This document shows positions 38,679 through 48,256 of a stretch of 64,000 nucleotides of DNA, piece after piece. Below the pieces are notes generated by a model. It ran no database searches. It worked only from the letters and a program-made list of their open reading frames with translations, and had not been told where the DNA came from. The DNA is taken from contig CAVVLJ010000016.1 in assembly GCA_963749075.1 (NCBI GenBank), positions 928,001-992,000 of the forward strand, read 5' to 3'. The stretch comes from an uncultured Pseudomonadota bacterium. GTDB taxonomy: Bacteria; Pseudomonadota; Alphaproteobacteria; JACZXZ01. Every line of letters starts with the position of its first letter. The first letter of the stretch is position 1. The position numbers and the translations under genes are program-made.

Positions 38679-39248
38679 TCAGAAGAGCTTCTCGCGGTAG
38701 GAGCCGCTGCCGCCCGTGTGGCTCGCGGGCACGCGCTCGCCCGCGCGCCAGGCGTCCGGCGGCACGAACGGCCCCTGCCACAGCCCGTGCTGGGTGAGGC
38801 GCGCGTCCTCCTCGGCCTTCTCGTAAAAGAGCGTGCGGGTGCGGTCGGCCACCGCCCAACCGGCGTCGATCAGGGCGCGGGCGACATCGACCTTTCCCAC
38901 GGAGCACACGCCGAGCGCGTCGTTGTTCTGGTCGACGCCATGCGGCTGGCAGCTCGCCGTGCCGTCCTTGACGAGCGCTGCGAGCGCTGCGCGCGCTTCC
39001 ACCCCGCAAGGGTACTCCTTGCCCGACGCGTCGTCGCACACCTCGTCGATGTCGGGCGCGTCGATGCCGTAGAGCTTGAAGTGCCGGCCGCCGACCTCGA
39101 GGTGCGTGGCATCGACGACCACGGCAGTTCCGCTCACGCGCGTCGCGTCCTCGGCGCGGACGCCGGCCGCGAGTGCTAGCGCTGCGAGGGCCGCGAGGCC
39201 GGCCATGAGCCAGCGGGCGGCAGCGGGGCGCATGGGCGAGGCGGCCAT
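38679..39248 (-). CDS. Thermonuclease (SNase-like) family exported protein
   Basis: LYGIDAP, C...YPCG, GWAVA, AEEDAR...GLWQGPFVPPDAWR. Confidence 0.85.
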   Translation of the reverse strand: MAASPMRPAAARWLMAGLAALAALALAAGVRAEDATRVSGTAVVVDATHLEVGGRHFKLYGIDAPDIDEVCDDASGKEYPCGVEARAALAALVKDGTASCQPHGVDQNNDALGVCSVGKVDVARALIDAGWAVADRTRTLFYEKAEEDARLTQHGLWQGPFVPPDAWRAGERVPASHTGGSGSYREKLF

Positions 39249-39285
39249 GGCGGAGGACGGCGGCGCCGCTTTCCGGCGGCGTCCT

Positions 39286-39600
39286 TCACTTGAGCGGCGA
39301 GAAGGGGGCCGGAATGAGCAGCCGGTTCTCCATCTTCTCGACGAGGGGCAGGATCTTGGGGGCGTAGGCGAGCCACGTCGGGTCCTGCCACAGCTTGGCG
39401 CGGCGCCGCGCGCGCTCTTCGAGGGACTCGTAGGCCCAGATGTGCACCACTTGGTTGAGGGTGCCGAACTCGGTCTGGAAGTAGCCCACGAGGTTGCCGA
39501 GGATGGCCTTCTGCACCGCCAAGCCCTCGGCCTCGTACGTCTTGAAATAGGCGGCGAGCGCCCCCGGCTTGAGCGTGTAGGTGCGTTCTTCGTAGATCAT
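39286..39600 (-). CDS. NIPSNAP family protein
   Basis: YEERTYTL...GYFQTEFGTLNQVVHIWAYESLEER...PAPFSPL. Confidence 0.9.
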   Translation of the reverse strand: MIYEERTYTLKPGALAAYFKTYEAEGLAVQKAILGNLVGYFQTEFGTLNQVVHIWAYESLEERARRRAKLWQDPTWLAYAPKILPLVEKMENRLLIPAPFSPLK

Positions 39601-39661
39601 CCTCTCTGCTCCCCGCTGTGCCGGCTTTCTTTATCAGGCCGCGCGCCGGCGGGGGAAGCCA

Positions 39662-40531
39662 TTACTTGCCAGGCGGCGGGGCCTTGACGGGCGGGGGGGC
39701 TACGGCCGGCGTCTCGGGTTCGAGGGCCGGCGCCGGCGCCGGCTGCTCGGCGGGTGCGGCGGCCGGCGTCTCCGCGGCCGGGCTCCCCGGCTCGGGGGCC
39801 TGCTGGCCCGCCGTCTCGGCGATCGAGGGATATTTCTGCTGCAGCTTGGCGAGCGCCTCCTGGGTGACATAGGAGCCGGGCTTCGAGTTCTTATCGAACT
39901 GGATCGTGAGCAGCACGCGCGAATCGATGAAGTCGTAATGGCCGTAAGTGCCGAGGCCGGCCGGCAGCCCCAGAGTGGCATAATCGTAGTAAACGGGAAC
40001 GCAGGTGCATTCTATGTTGTTGCTTGCCGCGCATCTTTCCACGCACGCGCGGTAGACTGTGGGATCGGTGAAGGTGTTGTTCTTCACGAGGACGTGGAGG
40101 AAATTGCTGCGGTCGGTGATGTCGAAGGCCGGTGCGCCGTTCTCCTGCGCGAGCAGTGCTGCGCGGTAGGTCGCCAGATCGAACGTGACGTTCAAATAGA
40201 TCTCCGCCTCGGTATTGCGCTGCGGCTCGGTGAGCGCGTAAGTCGGCTTGAGCTTGGCCTCGAAGAAGACCTTGTAGGTCGTGTCGTCGACCTTCTGGAT
40301 GAGGTAGCCGTAGGCGTTGGGCGGCCGAATGATATTGGCGCAGGGCCACACGGTCGCCGGGCACACCATCTGATCGAGGTCGACGTCCGGGCCGGCGATG
40401 CCTTCGCTGCCGCCGCTCTGGAGCGGGGGCACTTGATGGAAGGCGGACGAGCAGGAGGCGACGAGCAGCAGAATAGCCGCTGCACCGGCCCACCCCAGCC
40501 ACCCCTTGACGCTCTCCCGCGGCTCTTTCAT
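39662..40531 (-). CDS. Putative lipoprotein with Cys-rich insert and Pro/Ala-rich tail
   Basis: Lipobox-like LVASC after a hydrophobic stretch; YRAALLAQENG..FDI reminiscent of CC0125/CC1285-type lipoproteins. Confidence 0.65.
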   Translation of the reverse strand: MKEPRESVKGWLGWAGAAAILLLVASCSSAFHQVPPLQSGGSEGIAGPDVDLDQMVCPATVWPCANIIRPPNAYGYLIQKVDDTTYKVFFEAKLKPTYALTEPQRNTEAEIYLNVTFDLATYRAALLAQENGAPAFDITDRSNFLHVLVKNNTFTDPTVYRACVERCAASNNIECTCVPVYYDYATLGLPAGLGTYGHYDFIDSRVLLTIQFDKNSKPGSYVTQEALAKLQQKYPSIAETAGQQAPEPGSPAAETPAAAPAEQPAPAPALEPETPAVAPPPVKAPPPGK

Positions 40532-40713
40532 CGGCCAACCTGCTCGTGAGGGCAACGCTTGCGGAACGGCCCATGATAAGGGCTCCGCCGCCCGGAAGGC
40601 AATGGAGAAGCGCGCGCAACGCGCTTATGTTCGGCCGCTTGGCCCCCGTGGCACCGCGGGGCTAACATCGTGCGCTGGCAGCAGTGCCGTCTCAAGTCGA
40701 GGATCGCCCGGCC

Positions 40714-42237
40714 ATGCACGCGCCGTCCCGCAATGCCCTGGCGCTCCTCACGGCCGAGGAGATGGCGCGCGCCGACCGGGCGGCCGTGGCTGGCGGTGTG
40801 CCGAGCGAGCAACTCATGGAGGCGGCCGGACGCGCCGTGGCCGATGCGGTGCGGGCGCGGGCGGCCTTGGGCAGCGTCCTCGTCCTCTGCGGGCCGGGCA
40901 ACAACGGCGGCGACGGCTTCGTCGCCGCCCGCCACTTGCGCGAGGCCGGTTGGCCGGTCAGGGTGGCGCTCCTCGGCGAGCGGCAGTCGCTCAAGGGCGA
41001 TGCGGCGCTCAACGCCGGCCGCTGGGGCGGCGACATCGAAGCACTCGGCCCGCCAGCTCTTGAGGGTGCCGCCCTCGTCGTGGACGCCCTTTTCGGCGCC
41101 GGTCTGACGCGGCCCCTCGAGCGGGCGGCCCTGGCCACGGTCAAAGCCTTGGCCGGGCGCGGCATCCCCGTCGTCGCCGTCGACGTGCCGAGCGGGCTCC
41201 ATGGCGACAGCGGCCAAGTGCTGGGCGCGGCGCCGGAGGCGCGCCTCACCGTTACCTTCTTCCGCAGGAAGCCGGGCCATGTCCTGCTGCCGGGCCGGCT
41301 CCTTTGCGGCGAGACGCTGGTCGCCGACATCGGCATCCCCGCGAACGTGCTGGATGAGATCGAGCCGCGCACCTTCGCCAACGACCCCGCACTCTGGCTC
41401 GAGCGCTATCCCTGGCCGACGCTCCTCGATCACAAATACCGCCGCGGCCACGCATTGGTGGTTGCCGGCGGCCGCATGACCGGGGCCGCCAAGCTCGCCT
41501 CGCGCGCGGCCTTGCGCGCCGGCGCCGGCCTCGTCACCGTGACCAGCCCGCCCGCCGCCGAGGCCATCTTCCAGACGGCGATGGCCGGCCTCCTTACCGA
41601 GCCCTTCTCCGGCCTCAACTCCTTCAAGGGCGTGCTGGAGAGCCGGCGCAAGAGCGTCTATCTCCTCGGCCCGGGCAACGAGGCCACGGAGGAGACCGCG
41701 GCCCGTGTGCTGGCAGCGCTGGCGACCGGGCGGCCTTGCGTGCTCGATGCCGACGCGCTCAGCGCCTTTGCGGACGACCCCCAGATGCTCCTCGCCGCCA
41801 TCAAGGGGCCGGCCGTCATGACCCCGCACGAGGGCGAGTTCGCGCGCGTCTTCTCCGCAAAGGGCGACAAGCCGAGCCGGGCGCGCAGCGCTGCGCGGGA
41901 GAGCGCCGCCGTCGTGCTGCTCAAGGGCGGCGACACGGTCGTCGCAGCGCCGGACGGCCGTGCCGTGATCTGCGACAACGCGCCGCCGACCCTCGGCACG
42001 GCAGGTGCAGGCGACGTGCTCGCCGGGCTCATCCTTGGCCTTCTCGCCCAGGGCATGGCGCCCTTCGAGGCCGCGGCGGCTGGCGCTTGGCTGCACGGCG
42101 AGGCCGCCGCGGCCTCAGGGCCGGGACTTATTGCCGAGGATCTGCCCGAGGCGATTCCCGCGGTCTTGCGGCGCTTGAGCGCACGCGCGGACGCGTTGCA
42201 CAAGGGGGCGCGCGGGGGTATTTGGATATGGCCATGA
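40714..42237 (+). CDS. nnr: Bifunctional NAD(P)H-hydrate epimerase/dehydratase
   Basis: LMEAAG, CGPGNNGGDG, VDALFGAG, VDVPSG, GAGLV, VLDADAL, TPHEGEF, AGAGDVLAG. Confidence 0.95.
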   Translation: MHAPSRNALALLTAEEMARADRAAVAGGVPSEQLMEAAGRAVADAVRARAALGSVLVLCGPGNNGGDGFVAARHLREAGWPVRVALLGERQSLKGDAALNAGRWGGDIEALGPPALEGAALVVDALFGAGLTRPLERAALATVKALAGRGIPVVAVDVPSGLHGDSGQVLGAAPEARLTVTFFRRKPGHVLLPGRLLCGETLVADIGIPANVLDEIEPRTFANDPALWLERYPWPTLLDHKYRRGHALVVAGGRMTGAAKLASRAALRAGAGLVTVTSPPAAEAIFQTAMAGLLTEPFSGLNSFKGVLESRRKSVYLLGPGNEATEETAARVLAALATGRPCVLDADALSAFADDPQMLLAAIKGPAVMTPHEGEFARVFSAKGDKPSRARSAARESAAVVLLKGGDTVVAAPDGRAVICDNAPPTLGTAGAGDVLAGLILGLLAQGMAPFEAAAAGAWLHGEAAAASGPGLIAEDLPEAIPAVLRRLSARADALHKGARGGIWIWP

Positions 42238-43673
42238 AAACCGCGGAGAAGAAGTTCGTGGAGAAGTCCGGCCTCATCGACCGCACGCTCCGCAACCTGC
42301 GCGGCGCGTGGAACGAGATCGCCCAGGCCGCGGCGGGCGCGCTCGCCGGCGGCACCGGCCCGCTCTTGGCCGACGGCGGCGATGAGCGGCTCAGAGAACA
42401 GATGCGCGTCTGTCTCGAGGGCCGCGGGGGCGAGGTCTCGGCGCGTGCGCGCGCCGCCTCGCTCGGCCGCAGCTATCTGGCGCTCGATCGTGCCGGCCGC
42501 AGACGCTTCCTCGGCATCCTCGCGCACGAGTTCGACGTCGACCATGCCGCCGTCGACCGCGCCGCAGACGCCCTCGGCAAAGCCGATGGCGGCGAGACGG
42601 CGCGCCGCCGCGCCGAGCGCGAGCTGCGTGCGGCCCTGGAAGCGCCGCGCGTGAAATTGCTGACCCAGTTCAACGAATTGCCAGATGGCGTTAAGTTTCT
42701 AGTTGACCTGCGCGCCGAGCTCCTCGAGATTGCCGGCCGCGATCCTGCGCTGGCGGCGCTCGAGGCCGATCTCAAGGATCTGCTGGCCTCGTGGTTCGAT
42801 GTCGGCTTCCTCGAATTGAGGCGCATCGGCTGGGATTCCCCGGCGGCCCTCCTCGAGAAGCTCATCGCCTATGAGGCGGTGCACGAGATCGACGGCTGGG
42901 GGGACCTCAAGAACCGCCTCGACTCGGACCGCCGCTGCTTCGCCTTCTTCCATCCCCGCATGCGGGACGAGCCGCTCATCTTCGTCGAGGTGGCGCTCTA
43001 CAGCGGCCTGGCCGACAACATCCAGCGCCTGCTCGACCCGGCGGCACCGGTCGAGGACGCGCACGTCGCGGACACGGCCATCTTCTATTCCATCTCGAAT
43101 GCCCAGAGAGGGCTGGTGGGCATCAGCTTCGGCGGCTTTCTCATCAAGCGCGTGGTTGCGGAGCTGGCGGGGGAATTCCGCAATCTCAAGGGGTTCGCCA
43201 CCCTCTCGCCGATGCCCGGCTTCAGGAGCTGGCTCGAGGGGATGCTCGCGGCGGATAGCCCGGCGCTCCTGCTCGCGGCCGAGCGCAAGGCCATTGCGCA
43301 GCTCCCGATCGGCATCGGCGACGACGGCGCCTTTGCCACTCTCATCGGCCTGCCGGCCTGGTACGACGACGAAGCGGTGGCCAAGGCGCTCAAGGCGCCG
43401 CTCAAGCGGCTTGCCGCGCGCTATCTCGTGGAGGAGCGGCGCGAGGACGGCCGCGCGCGCGATCCGGTGGCGCATTTCCATCTTTTGAACGGCGCCCGCG
43501 TCGAGCAGATCGACTGGCTGGCCGACCGCTCGGAGAAGGGCGTCGCCCAGTCCTACGGCATGATGGTCAACTACCGCTACCGCGAGCCCGACATCGAGGC
43601 CAACCACGAGGCCTATAAGGGAGAGGGCATGGTGGCGGCCTCGCCGGCCGTGCGGGCGCTCCTGCGCGGCTGA
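42234..43673 (+). CDS. Malonyl-CoA decarboxylase
   Basis: LLEKLIAYEAVHEI, RRCFAFFHP, FYSISN, TLSPMPGF, DPVAHFHLLNGA, SYGMMVNY; ATGA overlap with the nnr stop. Confidence 0.93.
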   Translation: MKTAEKKFVEKSGLIDRTLRNLRGAWNEIAQAAAGALAGGTGPLLADGGDERLREQMRVCLEGRGGEVSARARAASLGRSYLALDRAGRRRFLGILAHEFDVDHAAVDRAADALGKADGGETARRRAERELRAALEAPRVKLLTQFNELPDGVKFLVDLRAELLEIAGRDPALAALEADLKDLLASWFDVGFLELRRIGWDSPAALLEKLIAYEAVHEIDGWGDLKNRLDSDRRCFAFFHPRMRDEPLIFVEVALYSGLADNIQRLLDPAAPVEDAHVADTAIFYSISNAQRGLVGISFGGFLIKRVVAELAGEFRNLKGFATLSPMPGFRSWLEGMLAADSPALLLAAERKAIAQLPIGIGDDGAFATLIGLPAWYDDEAVAKALKAPLKRLAARYLVEERREDGRARDPVAHFHLLNGARVEQIDWLADRSEKGVAQSYGMMVNYRYREPDIEANHEAYKGEGMVAASPAVRALLRG

Positions 43674-43832
43674 GCCGCCGGCCCTCCTTAAGATTTCGCG
43701 CCGGGCCTCACATGTATTTTGAGGAAAACCGTCTAACCCTTCGTGATTTAGCTTGAAATTCGCCGCGTTCTTTACTTAAATCCAATGTATATCGAACGTC
43801 CGGGCGGACGAGGGGCAGGGGCGAGGGCGGAC

Positions 43833-44108
43833 ATGAGCGGGCGGGCGCAAAGGCTGAGCAGCGTCTTCTTCCGACGCGGCGAGCTCTTCGAGTTCATCAA
43901 GGCGGGGGCGAGCTTCCGGCGCGAGTTTGCCGATAAGACGGTCGAGACCGCCGAGGTGCTCGATGTCTTCACCGACCCCCACAGCATCCCCCACGTGCGC
44001 TTCGAGTTCACCGTGCTGCGCCCCGGGCACGAGCCTTACGGCTCCGGCCCGCGCATCATGGCGCTCAAGAAGTTCTGCCAGAACTACGTGGAGCGTCTCT
44101 CGCGCTGA
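43833..44108 (+). CDS. Small hypothetical protein
   Basis: 91-aa ORF with host-like codon usage, GAGGG RBS, IPHVRF...GPRIMAL..F...Y. Confidence 0.65.
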   Translation: MSGRAQRLSSVFFRRGELFEFIKAGASFRREFADKTVETAEVLDVFTDPHSIPHVRFEFTVLRPGHEPYGSGPRIMALKKFCQNYVERLSR

Positions 44109-44264
44109 GCCTCGGGCGCAGCCGCGGCGCGCCGCCCCGCCCGCCGGCCGGCCGTTGTCTGGCGTGCCCGGGTTTGCTCGCTGAAAGCCTGAAGACGCGA
44201 AATGCCGATTGACAGCGCGGACTGCGAACGGAATGCTGCGCTGCACAGAGGCAAAGAAGCAGCC

Positions 44265-45587
44265 ATGCCGAGCCCGAGCGCTCCCCGCATCCTCGCCGAG
44301 CCATACGCTGCAACAATCGACGTGACCAGGCGGATCGGGCTGCGCGGCTTCGCGCCCGGCGAGCGGGTGGCGCTGACCGCGACGCTGCGGCAGAACGATG
44401 CCAGCACCTGGCGCAGCGAGGCGGTCTTCGTGGCCGACGCCGGCGGTCTTGTCGATGTCGCGACGGCGGCACCGCTCGCGGGAACCTATGCCGGGGCGTC
44501 GCCGATGGGGCTGGTGTGGTCGATGCGGCAGACCGGCGAGCCTGTGGCGCAGGGAACGCCGTTCGACCAGACGGCGGTGCAGACGGTGCGGCTCGCCGCC
44601 GTGGCGGAGAGCGGGACGGCAGAGGGCTCGTTCGAGCAGCACTTCGTGGCGGCCGGCGTGGAGGTCGTGCCGGTCCGGGAGAGCGGCATGGTGGCGACGC
44701 TGTTCGCGCCGTCGGGCGGCGGCTCCCATCCGCTGGTGGTGATGCTCAGCGGCTCCGGCGGCGGGTTGATGGAGGCGCGCGCGGCACTCTTCGCGGCGCA
44801 CGGATATGCCGCCCTGGCGCTGGGCTATTTCGGCGCGGCAGGATTGCCGCCGACGATCTCTGAGACGCGTCTCGAGTATTTCGAGAGCGCCCTCAGATGG
44901 GCGCGGCGCACGCTGGCGCCTGCCGGCGGCTTCATCGCGGTGGCCGGCGTCTCCCGCGGCGGCGAGCTCGCGTTGCTGCTCGGCGCCACGATGCCCGATG
45001 AGATCGATGCCGTGATTGCCTATGTGCCGAGCTCCGTGACCAACGGCGTGCTGAACGCGGGGCGGCCCGGGGAGAGCCGGCACGCGCCGAGCTGGTCGTG
45101 GCGCGGCCGCAACTTGCCGGTGCTGGCCGCGGACAATCCGCGGGCGGACTGGGCCTTGTTCGATGATGCGCCGGCGCCGAAGCGACAGACTCCGGCGTTC
45201 CTTGCCGCCTTGCAGGATGCGCAGGCGGTGGCGCGCTCGAGCATCGCCGTGGAGCGCATCAAGGGGCCGGTGATGCTGATCTCGGGACGCGACGACGGGC
45301 TGTGGCCGTCGGCGCGCTTCGCCGAGCTGGTCGAGGAACGGCTGGCGGCGGCCAAACATCCCTATGCGGTCGCACACCTCTGCTACGGCGATGCCGGGCA
45401 CGCGATCGGCTATCCCCATGTGCCGACCACGGTGCTGGCGCGGGCGCACCCGGTGTCGGGGGTGGAACTGGCCTATGGCGGCACGGCGGAGGGCAATGCC
45501 CGGGCCGGCGCCAAATCCTGGCCGGCGGTGTTGGAGTTTCTCGACGCGGCGCGGCAATCCGTGCGGCGACGGCAGAGACGGGCATGA
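44265..45587 (+). CDS. Acyl-CoA thioesterase / BAAT-family alpha/beta hydrolase
   Basis: N-terminal FVADAGGLVD...GTYAG..PMGL, GSGGG, nucleophile GVSRGGE, DDGLWPS, AGH. Confidence 0.88.
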   Translation: MPSPSAPRILAEPYAATIDVTRRIGLRGFAPGERVALTATLRQNDASTWRSEAVFVADAGGLVDVATAAPLAGTYAGASPMGLVWSMRQTGEPVAQGTPFDQTAVQTVRLAAVAESGTAEGSFEQHFVAAGVEVVPVRESGMVATLFAPSGGGSHPLVVMLSGSGGGLMEARAALFAAHGYAALALGYFGAAGLPPTISETRLEYFESALRWARRTLAPAGGFIAVAGVSRGGELALLLGATMPDEIDAVIAYVPSSVTNGVLNAGRPGESRHAPSWSWRGRNLPVLAADNPRADWALFDDAPAPKRQTPAFLAALQDAQAVARSSIAVERIKGPVMLISGRDDGLWPSARFAELVEERLAAAKHPYAVAHLCYGDAGHAIGYPHVPTTVLARAHPVSGVELAYGGTAEGNARAGAKSWPAVLEFLDAARQSVRRRQRRA

Positions 45588-45603
45588 CATCGGGGGGCAA
45601 GAC

Positions 45604-46665
45604 ATGATGCGTTCGATGGCGTTGGCCGCCGTGCTGCTGGCCCTGGCGGCGCCGGCCGCGCGCGCCGAGCACATCACCATCGGCCTGGCCGTCCCGATGG
45701 GCCCGACGGACACCATGGCGGCGGCGGCGGAGCTCGGGCTGTTCAAAGCGGAAGAGCTGGAGCCGGAGTTCATCGTCTTCCAGGGCGCCGGCGCGCTCTT
45801 GCCGCAGATCGCCACCAAGCAGGTGCTGATCGGCCTGCCGCTGACCGAGCCGGTGCTGGCCTCCTACCAGCCCGGCAATGCGCCGCTGCCGGTGGTGTTC
45901 TTCTACAACGCGAGCCCCTACAACGGCCTGGAGCTCTCGGTGCTGGCGGACGGGCCGGTCAAGAGCATTGCCGATCTGCGCGGAAAGTCGATCGGCGTGG
46001 GGGCCTTGACGTGGGGCACGATTCCGCAGACGCGCTCGCTCCTGCGCGCGAGCGGGCTGCATCCCGGCAGCGACGTCGATATCGTGGCGGTCGGCGTCCT
46101 CGGCGCCGGGTTCGAGGCGTTGCGCAGCGGGCGGGTGGCGGCGCTGAACTTCAACGAGAATTGGAACGATTTGCTGGAGCAGCAGGGCACCAAGATCCGC
46201 CGCCTGCCGTTCCCGCCGGCGTATCGGCGCATGATCAGCAACGCCTACGTGGCGCATCAAGACACGTTGAAGAACGATCCCCAAATCCTCGCGCGGTTCG
46301 GCCGGGTCGTCGCGGAGGCGGCGGTCCTTTGCGGCGCCAATCCGCGCTTCTGTGTCGAAGCGTTCTGGCGGGCCCATCCGGAAGCGAAGCCGAAGGAGGA
46401 GGATGCGGCGAAGAGTCTGGCCGGTGCCGTGGCGAGCAGGGCCAAGAGCAGCTGGAAGACGCTGCACGAGGAAAGCGGGCATGACCGGGTGCTCGGCCAG
46501 TTCGACCTCGGCATCATCCGCGACTACGTGAAGGCGATGCAGCAATCGGGAGAGTTCGCCAGCAGCGACATTCCGCTGGAGAAGCTGTTCAGCAACGCCC
46601 TGGTGCCGGAGTTCGCGAAGTTCGATCGCGCGGCGCTAATCGCGCGCGCCCGGGCGGCGCATTGA
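45604..46665 (+). CDS. NitT/TauT (NMT1/SsuA-like) ABC substrate-binding protein
   Basis: Signal peptide ARA-E, ELGLFKAEEL, VKSIADLRGKSIGV. Confidence 0.85.
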   Translation: MMRSMALAAVLLALAAPAARAEHITIGLAVPMGPTDTMAAAAELGLFKAEELEPEFIVFQGAGALLPQIATKQVLIGLPLTEPVLASYQPGNAPLPVVFFYNASPYNGLELSVLADGPVKSIADLRGKSIGVGALTWGTIPQTRSLLRASGLHPGSDVDIVAVGVLGAGFEALRSGRVAALNFNENWNDLLEQQGTKIRRLPFPPAYRRMISNAYVAHQDTLKNDPQILARFGRVVAEAAVLCGANPRFCVEAFWRAHPEAKPKEEDAAKSLAGAVASRAKSSWKTLHEESGHDRVLGQFDLGIIRDYVKAMQQSGEFASSDIPLEKLFSNALVPEFAKFDRAALIARARAAH

Positions 46666-46672
46666 CCGGGCA

Positions 46673-47434
46673 ATGCTGGAGGCAGCGGCCGCCGGGCTGA
46701 TCTACCGGACGCGGCGCGGCAGCATCGCAGCACTGGATGGCGTGGATCTGAGCATCGCGCGAGGCGCCTTCGTGTCGCTGATCGGCAGCTCCGGCTGCGG
46801 CAAGTCGTCGTTGTTGAAGCTGTTCGCCGGGCTGATGCGGCCGAGCGCCGGGGTGATCCGCGTCGACGGGACGGCAGTCAAGGGGCCCGACCGCCGCATC
46901 GGCATCGCCTTCCAGCGGCCGACCCTGATGCCGTGGAAGACGGTCATTGAGAATGTGCTGGTGCCGGCGCACGCGCAGGGCCGCGACGAGCGCGCGAGCC
47001 TGCGCCGTGCGGAGGCGCTGCTGACGATGGTCGGCCTGGCGGGCTTCGCCGAGGATTATCCGCGGGAGCTCTCCGGCGGCATGCAGCAGCGCGTCGGGCT
47101 GGCGCGCATGCTGGTGCATGAGCCGGAGGTGCTGCTGCTCGATGAGCCGTTCGCGGCGCTGGATGCGCTGACCCGCGAGGAATTGATGGCGGAGTTGCAG
47201 CTCCTATGGCTGGCGCAGGCGCGCACGGCGCTCTTCGTGACGCACAGCATCGCCGAGGCGGCGTTCCTCTCGGATCGCGTGCTGGTGATGTCGCCGCGGC
47301 CGGGACGCGTCGTCGCCGACATCGCCGTGCCGTTCGCCCGGCCGCGCGCGATTGAGCTCCTGGAGACCGCCGAGTTCGCAGCACTGACCGGGCGCATCCG
47401 GCGCGCGCTCGATACGGCGGGCGGGCGGGCGTGA
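46673..47434 (+). CDS. NitT/TauT ABC transporter ATPase
   Basis: GSSGCGKS, LSGGMQQR, LLDEPFAALDALTR, FVTHSIAEA. Confidence 0.92.
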   Translation: MLEAAAAGLIYRTRRGSIAALDGVDLSIARGAFVSLIGSSGCGKSSLLKLFAGLMRPSAGVIRVDGTAVKGPDRRIGIAFQRPTLMPWKTVIENVLVPAHAQGRDERASLRRAEALLTMVGLAGFAEDYPRELSGGMQQRVGLARMLVHEPEVLLLDEPFAALDALTREELMAELQLLWLAQARTALFVTHSIAEAAFLSDRVLVMSPRPGRVVADIAVPFARPRAIELLETAEFAALTGRIRRALDTAGGRA

Positions 47435-48210
47435 TGCGCATCCTCTCGCGGCTGGGACCTCCTCTGGCGACGCTCGGCGTGGTGGTGTTCGCGTGGTGGG
47501 CGGCGGTGCGCGGGCTGCACATGGAGGCCTACCTGCTGCCGGCGCCGGGCGCGGTCGCCCGGGCGATCTACGACGGTTTCGCCGACGGCAGCTTTTGGCC
47601 GCATATCGCGGCGACGGTGGAGGCGTCGGCGATCGGCTTCGCCGTCGGCAGCGCCATCGCGGTGGCGCTCGGCGTGGCGCTGGCCGAGCAGCCGATCTTC
47701 GAGCGCTTCCTCTTTCCCCTGATCGTGGCGCTGCAGGCGATGCCGAAGGTGGCGCTGGCGCCGCTCATCCTGGTGTGGTGCGGCTTCGGGCTGGAATCGA
47801 AGGTCGTGCTGATCGTGCTGATCTGCTTTTTCCCGCTCTTCGTGAACGTGGTCGTGGGCATCCGCAGCGCCGATCCGGATCTGATCGATCTCTGCCGGGC
47901 GTCCTGCGCCTCGCGCTGGTACATCTTCCGCAACGTCAAGCTGCCCTCGGCGGCGGGGAACATCTTCGCGGGATTGCAGATCGGTGCGAGCCTGGCGCTG
48001 ATCGGCGCGGTGGTGGGCGAGTTCGTCTCGGCGCAGCGCGGGCTGGGATATCTCATCGCTTCGTCCATGGTGAACATGAGCGTGGCCACGATGTTCGCGG
48101 GAGCGATTCTCCTGGCCCTGATCGGCATCGCCGCGACGGCGGCGGTCCGCTGGGTGCATGCGCGGGTGGTGTTCTGGGAGGGGCAGGGGGAGCAGGCGGA
48201 TCGGGAGTGA
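47431..48210 (+). CDS. NitT/TauT ABC transporter permease
   Basis: LLPAP, PKVALAPL, GAVVGEF...GLG; GTGA overlap with the ATPase stop. Confidence 0.92.
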   Translation: MMRILSRLGPPLATLGVVVFAWWAAVRGLHMEAYLLPAPGAVARAIYDGFADGSFWPHIAATVEASAIGFAVGSAIAVALGVALAEQPIFERFLFPLIVALQAMPKVALAPLILVWCGFGLESKVVLIVLICFFPLFVNVVVGIRSADPDLIDLCRASCASRWYIFRNVKLPSAAGNIFAGLQIGASLALIGAVVGEFVSAQRGLGYLIASSMVNMSVATMFAGAILLALIGIAATAAVRWVHARVVFWEGQGEQADRE

Positions 48211-48256
48211 AACGTGGCTCTGGCGCAAGCGGAGTTTTATGGGGGATAATCCCGCC

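Noticed and set aside
43686-43795. CtrA binding site
   Set aside because: Only half-sites and poor matches to TTAA-N7-TTAA
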